From: Felixounavirus LF82P2
Length of the DNA stretch: 64,000 nucleotides
Sequence record: OZ035741.1
Strand: one strand, 5' to 3'
The notes under the pieces are model-generated. The model made no database searches, was not told where the DNA came from, and saw nothing but the letters and a program-made list of their open reading frames with translations. Shown one piece after another: positions 58,266 through 64,000 of this stretch. The position numbers were made by a program, and so were the translations under genes. The number at the start of each line of letters is the position of its first letter. Position 1 is the first letter of the stretch.

Positions 58266-58343
58266 GTTCCAGTAGACAAAATGGTATAGTCACCACTCTT
58301 TCAAAGTGGACATCTGAGGGTTCAAATCCCTTCTGGAACGCCA
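58266..58343 (+). tRNA. tRNA-Glu (anticodon TTC)
   Basis: Acceptor GTTCCAG/CTGGAAC, anticodon stem CCACT/AGTGG, loop CTTTCAA. Confidence 0.65.
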
Positions 58344-58434
58344 GTTTTGACAGAAGACCAAATACAGCAAACTTAATCTTATTCATCTGAAGGTAAATCG
58401 GACAAAGAAGAGATTTGGTCTGGTCATTAAGAAT

Positions 58435-58511
58435 TGCGGGTATAGAGAAAGGGCGTCTCACATGTCTCATTAGCATGGTATCGGCAGGTTCGACTCCTGC
58501 ACCCGCCTCCA
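58435..58511 (+). tRNA. tRNA-Met (anticodon CAT), atypical (T at position 37, mismatch at pair 1-72)
   Basis: Anticodon stem CATGT/GCATG, loop CTCATTA, T-loop GGTTCGACTCC. Confidence 0.5.
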
Positions 58512-58594
58512 AATTTACAGAAGACCGTTTACAGCAACATTTATTAAATTTTTAGCGGAAAAATTGAAAGATACGGTCTGGTAATACTAAACAT

Positions 58595-58671
58595 GGTTAG
58601 GAAGCACATAAGGTATGTGCGGTCGCCTGTTAAGCGAATGGCACAGGGTTCGAATCCCTGACTAACCGCCA
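58595..58671 (+). tRNA. tRNA-Asn (anticodon GTT)
   Basis: Anticodon loop CTGTTAA; T-loop GGGTTCGAATCCC; CCA encoded. Confidence 0.65.
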
Positions 58672-58740
58672 AATTTAGGAGAGAAGCGATTGCTCACCGA
58701 TTTGTAAGGTGCAAGTCCTTAGCCTGAATAGAAATTAAAT

Positions 58741-58828
58741 GTGTCGTTATCCCGTAGATGGTAGCGGTGGGGACTGTAAATCCCTTGTCATTGAGACTCG
58801 GTAGGTTCGACTCCTACACGGCACACCA
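58741..58828 (+). tRNA. tRNA-Tyr (anticodon GTA), long variable arm
   Basis: Acceptor GTGTCGT/ACGGCAC, anticodon stem GGGGA/TCCCT loop CTGTAAA, 88 nt. Confidence 0.7.
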
Positions 58829-58833
58829 ATAAA

Positions 58834-58911
58834 GGTTATGTAGTTTAATTTGGTTAAAATACTCCCCTGTCACGGGAGATGATGAGGGTTCAAATCCCTT
58901 CGTAACCGCCA
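58834..58911 (+). tRNA. tRNA-Asp (anticodon GTC)
   Basis: Acceptor GGTTATG/CGTAACC, anticodon stem CTCCC/GGGAG loop CTGTCAC. Confidence 0.7.
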
Positions 58912-59081
58912 ATTTTGAGAGGGCTATTTAGCCCCTCCCTTAAAGGGTTCTTACGAGTATCCTTTAAAGGAGCAGAAGACCAAATACAGCAAGTTACTTA
59001 AAATTTCAAGCCAATTTAATTTTGAAAAATTTAAAACTTGGTCTGGCTCAACAAATTTACAGAAGACCGTTTACAGCAAAA

Positions 59082-59178
59082 CTTAAACAATCTATTTCTC
59101 GGTAAAGAAAAGGCGAAGGTTCGATTCCTTCACTCGGCAGATGTCGAGTTGGTGTAATGGTAGCACTTAAGATGATAA
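59082..59178 (+). pseudogene. tRNA halves in permuted order (3' half upstream of 5' half); possible circularly permuted tRNA or rearranged pseudogene
   Basis: 3' part 59082-59139 (CTTAA, variable-arm hairpin, T-arm GAAGG-TTCGATT-CCTTC, acceptor ACTCGGC) then 5' part 59143-59178 (acceptor GTCGAGT, D-arm, TTAAG, loop ATGATAA). Confidence 0.35.
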
Positions 59179-59339
59179 ACAACGGTCTGGTAATTATCTT
59201 TGTAGATAAGTTATTAAGCTTACCTGTGAGTATGCGACCACAAAGGGTGAAAGGGTAAATTCTAGATTTAAACCCAAAAAGGCACATCGCTACAGACCTT
59301 AAGCAAGTCTGGGTAGCTTATCTACAAAGATAATTTAAT

Positions 59340-59415
59340 GGAAGTGTAGCAGAATGGTGATGCGGCAGACTTTTAATCTGACAGGCGATGGGTTCGAATC
59401 CCTCCACTTCTACCA
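59340..59415 (+). tRNA. tRNA-Lys (anticodon TTT)
   Basis: Acceptor GGAAGTG/CACTTCT, anticodon loop CTTTTAA, T-loop GGGTTCGAATCCC. Confidence 0.65.
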
Positions 59416-59419
59416 ATAT

Positions 59420-59496
59420 GGTTCAGTCGCAGATAAGGTAATGCAAGGGTCTCATAAGCCCTATGAATGTGGGTTCGAATCCCATCTGAACCTCCA
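59420..59496 (+). tRNA. tRNA-Met (anticodon CAT), GGG/CCC anticodon stem (initiator-like feature)
   Basis: Anticodon arm AGGGT-CTCATAA-GCCCT; acceptor GGTTCAG/CTGAACC fully paired. Confidence 0.65.
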
Positions 59497-59498
59497 AT

Positions 59499-59573
59499 TG
59501 TGGGTTAGCATAAATGGTAATGCAAACGGCTGATAACCGTTAGAAGAGGGTTCGATACCCTCACCTACAACCA
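59499..59573 (+). tRNA. tRNA-Ile (anticodon GAT)
   Basis: Anticodon arm AACGG-CTGATAA-CCGTT; T-loop GGGTTCGATACCC. Confidence 0.7.
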
Positions 59574-59591
59574 AGTTCAATAAAGTTGTTG

Positions 59592-59620
59592 ACATTGAGA
59601 TGTGACTACTTTATAGTAAC
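59592..59620 (+). promoter_or_regulatory. sigma70-like promoter inside tRNA cluster (TTGACA-17-TATAGT)
   Basis: Consensus -35 and good -10 in spacer after tRNA-Ile. Confidence 0.45.
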
Positions 59621-59821
59621 CTTAGTTTTCGTTGCGTAGCGTCTATTTTGCAAATTTAAAATAAATGCAAACGACAATGTTTTTCTGGCAGTAGCTTGAT
59701 AGGCTAAACACCAGTGAGGTCTTCCAATCCCTCATCAAAGAATTTGGCGTACTCGCCCACGGTATGATTAATAAGGTGGGCATCTTTAAGGGCTTTCTAA
59801 GAGAGTCTTTAAAGATAATTA

Positions 59822-59903
59822 CGGGGCGTATCTCAGCGGTCTTCTAAACCGCCGTTAACCGAGTAAGTGGAGTATGCGGGTTCGAGTCCTGCCGCCTCGA
59901 CCA
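59822..59903 (+). tRNA. atypical tRNA-like gene (possible Arg, anticodon TCT), non-canonical arm arrangement
   Basis: Acceptor CGGGGCG/CGCCTCG plus T-arm GCGGG-TTCGAGT-CCTGC and CCA; perfect hairpin GCGGT-CTTCTAA-ACCGC sits where the D-arm should be. Confidence 0.4.
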
Positions 59904-60046
59904 ATTTAGTTAGCAGATTACTTAGACGACCTAAGCGGGTCTTCCTGTAGGGAGGTGGTCTGTATCTCATGTTTTCCAGAACATGTAAATAATCTGAGAA
60001 GGGGCTTTACAGTGTTGAGATAATACGGTAAGCTTCGAATTATAGT

Positions 60047-60129
60047 ATGGGACGATGTTAAGACTCTAAGGCATGAGCAACGGCCTCCAAAACCGTTTCA
60101 AAGGGGTTCAACTCCTCCGTCCCATGCCA
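60047..60129 (+). tRNA. tRNA-Trp (anticodon CCA), enlarged D region (83 nt)
   Basis: Perfect acceptor ATGGGAC/GTCCCAT, anticodon arm ACGGC-CTCCAAA-ACCGT, T-loop GGGGTTCAACTCC. Confidence 0.5.
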
Positions 60130-60142
60130 AAGTCTTATTAGG

Positions 60143-60230
60143 GGTAGGTAGCGGCTAATGGCAGCCAAACAGTCTTGAAAACTGTTGCCACTGTAGAGAT
60201 ACGGTGAGGGTTCGACTCCTTTACTTACCG
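60143..60230 (+). tRNA. tRNA-Ser (anticodon TGA), long variable arm, CCA not encoded
   Basis: Anticodon arm ACAGT-CTTGAAA-ACTGT; long variable arm; T-loop GGGTTCGACTCC. Confidence 0.65.
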
Positions 60231-60488
60231 CCTAATAAGATTTTTAAAGCCAAGCTTCATTCGGATGTTGCTTTGGTATCCCTCGTGTATTGTCGTACAC
60301 ACTGATAAAACACCTAGTAGGTGTCACGGAGAAGAGATAATATCAAGCTCTCCAAAGGTTCTAGTCACCGGATTAAACAAGACTATGCAAAGACCTTTTA
60401 GGTCTTTTTAGAGGGCTTCTAAGGTTATTACAGCTTGTTGTGGAACCTTGTTGCTTAGGTTCTTAGAAGTTCTCTAAAAAGATTTAAT

Positions 60489-60566
60489 GGGAGATTGACG
60501 GTAATTGGTAAACCTATCTCGCTTAGAACGAGATGTTTGAGGGTTCGAATCCCTTGTCTCCTACCA
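60489..60566 (+). tRNA. tRNA-Leu (anticodon TAG) with short variable loop
   Basis: Anticodon arm TCTCG-CTTAGAA-CGAGA perfect; discriminator A; T-loop GGGTTCGAATCCC. Confidence 0.55.
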
Positions 60567-60573
60567 AATTAAT

Positions 60574-60649
60574 GCAGGTGTAGCAAAATGGTTATGCGGC
60601 TGACTCTTAATCAGTAAGACGATGGGTTCAATTCCCTCCACCTGTACCA
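60574..60649 (+). tRNA. tRNA-Lys (anticodon CTT)
   Basis: Scaffold similar to tRNA-Lys(TTT); anticodon arm GCTGA-CTCTTAA-TCAGT. Confidence 0.55.
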
Positions 60650-60655
60650 AACAAT

Positions 60656-60731
60656 GGGGTCATAGTTTATATGGTTAAAATTCGAGTTTTGCAAACTTGG
60701 GAACTGAGTTCAATTCTCAGTGACTCCACCA
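60656..60731 (+). tRNA. tRNA-Ala (anticodon TGC)
   Basis: Acceptor GGGGTCA/TGACTCC with G3-T70 wobble; anticodon loop TTTGCAA. Confidence 0.65.
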
Positions 60732-60737
60732 ATTAGT

Positions 60738-60812
60738 GCATCCATAGTTTAAACGGGAAAATTACAGTCTTCCAAACTGAGGTTGAGGGTTCGATTCCCT
60801 CTGGATGCTCCA
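60738..60812 (+). tRNA. tRNA-Gly (anticodon TCC)
   Basis: Acceptor GCATCCA/TGGATGC; anticodon arm ACAGT-CTTCCAA-ACTGA. Confidence 0.65.
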
Positions 60813-60826
60813 AATTAAGGTGTGAT

Positions 60827-61240
60827 ATGAAAATATGCAGTACTTGCAGAATACCAAAAGATGAAAGCTTATTCCATAAGAATAAGAACAAGAAAGACGG
60901 TCTTCAAAGTCAATGCAAAGATTGTGCAAGACTCCGTGATGCAAAGAGTTATCAAGCAAATGATAAAAGGAAAGAGGCTATTAAAAGCACTCGTAACTTC
61001 AAGAGAGAGCATAACAAGACTCTAGCTAGAAGGTACAAAGCTTTATGCAAATGTCATATATGTGGTGAGAAAGAACCAGTTGCACTGGATTTACACCATA
61101 CAGACCCTTCCCAGAAAGATTTGAATCCTGCATCACTTTATTCATACTCCACAAAAAGATTAAAAGATGAAATCAGAAAGTGCATTGTCTTGTGCGCTAA
61201 CTGTCACAGAAAAGTACATGCTGGTATCATAAAAGTTTAA
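60827..61240 (+). CDS. HNH endonuclease embedded in tRNA cluster
   Basis: Cys-rich N-terminus and C-terminal DLHHTD..CANCHRKVH HNH motif. Confidence 0.6.
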   Translation: MKICSTCRIPKDESLFHKNKNKKDGLQSQCKDCARLRDAKSYQANDKRKEAIKSTRNFKREHNKTLARRYKALCKCHICGEKEPVALDLHHTDPSQKDLNPASLYSYSTKRLKDEIRKCIVLCANCHRKVHAGIIKV

Positions 61241-61241
61241 T

Positions 61242-61318
61242 GCTGCTTTCGTATAATTGGCTATTACACATCCCTTGTAAGGATGGAAATGCAGGTTCGA
61301 GTCCTGTGAGCAGCACCA
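61242..61318 (+). tRNA. tRNA-Thr (anticodon TGT)
   Basis: Anticodon arm CATCC-CTTGTAA-GGATG; T-loop GGTTCGAGTCC. Confidence 0.7.
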
Positions 61319-61413
61319 ATTCAGAGGTCAAGTGAAAGACCGCTGGTGTCAACTGAAGACCGTAACAAATTCCACGGAGTTGAGTTAGCGGCACAACTTC
61401 AGACCTCTTTCAT

Positions 61414-61488
61414 ACTCGCTTAGTTTATATGGTAAAACATCACCCTTACAAGATGAAGAAAAAGGTTCAAGTCCTTTAGTGAGTACCA
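61414..61488 (+). tRNA. tRNA-Val (anticodon TAC), one mismatch in anticodon stem
   Basis: Acceptor ACTCGCT/AGTGAGT; anticodon arm TCACC-CTTACAA-GATGA (C-A mismatch). Confidence 0.5.
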
Positions 61489-61489
61489 T

Positions 61490-61567
61490 GTTCCAGTATC
61501 CCAATTGGCAGAGGATGCAAGCTCAAACCTTGTACTAGTGACGGTTCGAATCCGTCTTGGAACACCA
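61490..61567 (+). tRNA. tRNA-Leu (anticodon CAA) with short variable loop
   Basis: Anticodon arm GCAAG-CTCAAAC-CTTGT; discriminator A; T-loop GGTTCGAATCC. Confidence 0.55.
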
Positions 61568-61572
61568 ATTTT

Positions 61573-61648
61573 GCAGGATTAGTTCAAATGGATAGAGCAA
61601 CAGTCTACGAAGCTGTTAATAGGGGTTCGAATCCCTTATCCTGCGCCA
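61573..61648 (+). tRNA. tRNA-Arg (anticodon ACG)
   Basis: Acceptor GCAGGAT/ATCCTGC; anticodon arm ACAGT-CTACGAA-GCTGT. Confidence 0.7.
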
Positions 61649-61667
61649 ATTTAAAGAGGCTATTTAG

Positions 61668-62225
61668 ATGAGATATTTGAAGTATGCTTCATGGATTTTC
61701 TTAGCTTTGTTAGAACCATTTGCAGCAATCTTAGCAGTTATCTTAGCACCTTTTGTAGTTCCATTTTACAGTGAGAAGAAAGGACACTTACCTTTCGGAT
61801 TTAGATGGATGGAAACTTATGACAACCCAATTGATGGTGATGAAGGTCACGTTAAAAGATGGGCTAATATTAGATGGATTGGTAAGCTTGGTGTCTATAT
61901 GCAGAGAGTCGGTTGGCTCTGGAGAAACAAAGCTTATAACTTCTCTTACCATGTGTTAGGAAGAGATGTAAAAGATGTTACTAAGTGGAAAGGTAATATC
62001 AACGTAAGTTCTAACCCTGAAGATAATCAGACAGGTTATCTCCTAATGTGGAACAGCAATGCTTGGGGATTATTCGCTTTTATACCATCAATTAAAATCT
62101 TTGGTAAACAGTTCTACTGGAGAATTTATATTGGGTGGAAGCTAAAAAGTGTTGTCCCAGAAGAAAGAGCATTCTCAAGGGAAAGAGTTATGTTGGCATT
62201 CTTTATTCATCCACTAAGAAATTAA
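61668..62225 (+). CDS. hypothetical membrane protein embedded in tRNA cluster
   Basis: 185 aa; hydrophobic N-terminal segment, Trp-rich. Confidence 0.4.
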   Translation: MRYLKYASWIFLALLEPFAAILAVILAPFVVPFYSEKKGHLPFGFRWMETYDNPIDGDEGHVKRWANIRWIGKLGVYMQRVGWLWRNKAYNFSYHVLGRDVKDVTKWKGNINVSSNPEDNQTGYLLMWNSNAWGLFAFIPSIKIFGKQFYWRIYIGWKLKSVVPEERAFSRERVMLAFFIHPLRN

Positions 62226-62233
62226 AGATTTAA

Positions 62234-62309
62234 AGGGGATTAGTTTACAAGGTTAAAACCTCGGTCTTTGAAATCGAAGAAGTTGGTTCAATTCCAACAT
62301 CCCCCGCCA
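62234..62309 (+). tRNA. tRNA-Gln (anticodon TTG)
   Basis: Anticodon arm TCGGT-CTTTGAA-ATCGA; T-loop GGTTCAATTCC; pair 1-72 mismatched. Confidence 0.6.
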
Positions 62310-62311
62310 AT

Positions 62312-62390
62312 GCTCCATTACTCCAATTGGCAGAGAGGCCAGACTTAAAATCTGTGTTATGTATCGGTTCGAATCCGATATGGAGTACCA
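62312..62390 (+). tRNA. tRNA-Leu (anticodon TAA) with intermediate-length variable region
   Basis: Anticodon loop CTTAAAA; discriminator A; D region similar to tRNA at 61490. Confidence 0.5.
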
Positions 62391-62395
62391 AATTT

Positions 62396-62471
62396 AGCGG
62401 TATAGCATAACTGGCAATGCAACAGTCTCTGAAGCTGTCTTATTAAGGTTCAAATCCTTATGCCGCTGCCA
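62396..62471 (+). tRNA. tRNA-Gln (anticodon CTG)
   Basis: Anticodon arm ACAGT-CTCTGAA-GCTGT; T-loop GGTTCAAATCC. Confidence 0.55.
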
Positions 62472-62502
62472 CTTCTAAGGGTTCTTACGAGAGTCCTTAA
62501 AT

Positions 62503-62578
62503 GTGGCCTTATCATAAATGGTAATGACCCATGCTGTGAACATGGTCTATACGGGTTCAAATCCCGTAGGTCACCCCA
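62503..62578 (+). tRNA. tRNA-His (anticodon GTG)
   Basis: Anticodon arm CCATG-CTGTGAA-CATGG; discriminator C. Confidence 0.7.
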
Positions 62579-62583
62579 ATTTA

Positions 62584-62660
62584 TAGTCCAAGTAGCTTAT
62601 ATGGTTAAAGCGCGTGTCTGAAAAACATGAGAAGAGGGTTCAAATCCCACTGGACTACCA
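62584..62660 (+). tRNA. tRNA-Phe (anticodon GAA)
   Basis: Acceptor TAGTCCA/TGGACTA; anticodon loop CTGAAAA. Confidence 0.6.
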
Positions 62661-62676
62661 ATTTCAAAGGTGCTTA

Positions 62677-63411
62677 ATGAAAGAGATGACAGAACAAGGT
62701 AAGGAGATTTTTAATCTCTTAAAAACCGGTAAAGGGTTTTCTAACCCACTTATTACTGGTGCAGCAGTTCTCGGTGGAACCGTAGCTGCTTCTACATCAC
62801 TTGTAAGCTCTATTAGTTCTGTAACAGACCCTACAATGCAGGAGAAACTTGTTGCTGCTGGACTTACAACAGTCCTTCTAAACAGCTTTACAACAAGCCT
62901 TACAAGCACTACAGCAACTACTAAGACCCTGACAGACTACGGTCAAAAATCTATTGATGAGTTTTCATCACGTATGCAGGTAGCAAAGGGATATTCCAAT
63001 GTTATGGGTGCAGCAGGAGAACAAGTTGGTTGTACACCGTTCAGTGGTATTATGGGTGTTGCTACAGAATATGGTCAAAAAGCTATTGATACGATTAACA
63101 GTACACTAGAGAGTGTTAACAATGTATTAAGTGACTTACAAGACGCTATTGACAAGGGTCTTGATACTGTTTCTGATTTAGCTAACCAAGCTGTCAGTAA
63201 GATTAATGAAGGTATCTCAAAGATTACAGCTTATGCAGATGAAGTTGTGCAGATGATTGAAGAAGAATCTGCCCTTATTGCAGAGTACCTTAAAACGAAT
63301 ATCAATGGGTTCTTAGCAGGTATCTTACCAGACTGGTTTGATGATGCCTGTAAAACTGGTGTAATTGACACTATTGCAACACCAGAAATGAAGAACGCAT
63401 TACAGAAATAA
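62677..63411 (+). CDS. hypothetical protein embedded in tRNA cluster
   Basis: Track ORF 62614-63411 overlaps tRNA-Phe; start moved to ATG 62677 after AAAGG RBS; Thr/Ser-rich then helical. Confidence 0.45.
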   Translation: MKEMTEQGKEIFNLLKTGKGFSNPLITGAAVLGGTVAASTSLVSSISSVTDPTMQEKLVAAGLTTVLLNSFTTSLTSTTATTKTLTDYGQKSIDEFSSRMQVAKGYSNVMGAAGEQVGCTPFSGIMGVATEYGQKAIDTINSTLESVNNVLSDLQDAIDKGLDTVSDLANQAVSKINEGISKITAYADEVVQMIEEESALIAEYLKTNINGFLAGILPDWFDDACKTGVIDTIATPEMKNALQK

Positions 63412-63412
63412 T

Positions 63413-63505
63413 GGAAGATTAACCCTAAAAGGTAAGGGAGCAGTTTGCTAAACTGACAGTAGCTGAGAAATCGGTGTACCAGTTCAAGTCTGGTATCTTC
63501 CTCCA
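63413..63505 (+). tRNA. tRNA-Ser (anticodon GCT), long variable arm
   Basis: Perfect acceptor GGAAGAT/ATCTTCC; anticodon loop TTGCTAA; 93 nt. Confidence 0.65.
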
Positions 63506-63509
63506 ATTT

Positions 63510-63585
63510 GAATCCGTGACAGAAATGGCTATGTGCCTGTCTGCAAAACAGGTTTATAAGGGTTCGAGTCCCTTCGGATTCTCCA
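63510..63585 (+). tRNA. tRNA-Cys (anticodon GCA)
   Basis: Acceptor GAATCCG/CGGATTC; anticodon arm CCTGT-CTGCAAA-ACAGG. Confidence 0.7.
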
Positions 63586-63622
63586 AGTTATTTTACTCTC
63601 TCTCAATTAAAATAATAATAAT

Positions 63623-63682
63623 GCCCTGCTATAAGTATTCTTCCTTTCGCTACCGAAGAGTATTTTTAGACAGGGCTTTTTT
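63623..63682 (+). terminator. rho-independent terminator closing tRNA cluster
   Basis: Long hairpin GCCCTG..CAGGGC followed by TTTTTT. Confidence 0.5.
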
Positions 63683-63807
63683 ACAGAGTTATACTTTATA
63701 GGAAGACTTATACAGTATGTCTCTGACGTACATTGTGGTTTCTCCTTGACGGTCTCTGTGCCGTCTTTTTTAAGGGGAAACATGGTTAATTATTTGGAGA
63801 AAACATA

Positions 63808-64000
63808 ATGAGTGAGACCGTTTACAAAGAACTTTATGAAGCTAATAAAAAGCTAGAATTTATGCAGAACACTATCATGGCAATTGCAGATAGATTATCT
63901 GTAGCAACAGGTATTGATATTAAAGAAGCATCTATGGATGCACTTCTTGATGCTGTTGATGAAAAGTTCGAAGTTAAAAAAGAAGAGACTGCTACAGACT
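63808..64000 (+). CDS. hypothetical protein (3' end truncated by window edge)
   Basis: GGAGAAAACATA-ATG RBS; ORF runs to window end. Confidence 0.4.
   Translation, partial: MSETVYKELYEANKKLEFMQNTIMAIADRLSVATGIDIKEASMDALLDAVDEKFEVKKEETATD

Noticed and set aside
59082-59178. Calling the permuted tRNA halves a functional tRNA-Ile gene
   Set aside because: Pairing is suggestive, but CTTAAG is palindromic and an intact tRNA-Ile(GAT) exists at 59499; annotated as a pseudogene or candidate until RNA evidence exists.
58261-60959. Minus-strand ORFs 58261-58512, 59057-59287 and 60762-60959 inside the tRNA cluster
   Set aside because: Each overlaps one or more plus-strand tRNA genes and has no RBS or recognisable motif; treated as frame artefacts.
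62614-62676. Upstream extension of ORF 62614-63411 given in the ORF track
   Set aside because: The first 21 codons overlap the tRNA-Phe gene; an in-frame ATG at 62677 with a nearby RBS is the more plausible start.
1-64000. Integrase, excisionase, repressor or other lysogeny module
   Set aside because: No tyrosine or serine recombinase motifs or CI-like repressor were recognised; content is consistent with a virulent phage. The small HTH protein at 4620-4949 is not enough to infer lysogeny.

Overview
This window reads as an internal segment of a large virulent tailed dsDNA phage genome; no integrase or lysogeny genes were seen. All calls are from reading the sequence and ORF track by eye; no database search or folding program was run. 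Layout: a 5'-truncated tail-fibre gene (1-1343); a minus-strand block (2.0-11.6 kb) with thymidylate synthase, DHFR, ATP-dependent DNA ligase, an HNH endonuclease and a family A DNA polymerase; a long plus-strand block (11.8-46.1 kb) with dNMP kinase, primase-helicase, SSB-like protein, flap endonuclease, aerobic and anaerobic ribonucleotide reductases, an NAD-salvage pair, rIIA/rIIB-like proteins and a macro-domain protein; a minus-strand block of mostly unknown genes plus a T4-type lysozyme (47.7-55.9 kb); and a 27-gene tRNA cluster (58.2-63.6 kb) whose anticodons cover all 20 amino acids. The most unusual content is non-coding or semi-coding: (i) eight small ORFs at 43.2-46.1 kb, each behind a near-identical promoter/hairpin/RBS leader; (ii) iteron-like direct repeats and a poly-C tract at 42.8-43.1 kb; (iii) a 1.6 kb ORF-free, repeat-dense region at 46.1-47.7 kb; (iv) structured inverted-repeat elements between tRNAs, one of which encloses what looks like a circularly permuted or rearranged tRNA; (v) a vWA-domain protein immediately upstream of the tRNA cluster. 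I could not single out one candidate system with confidence; these five are ranked in the findings.
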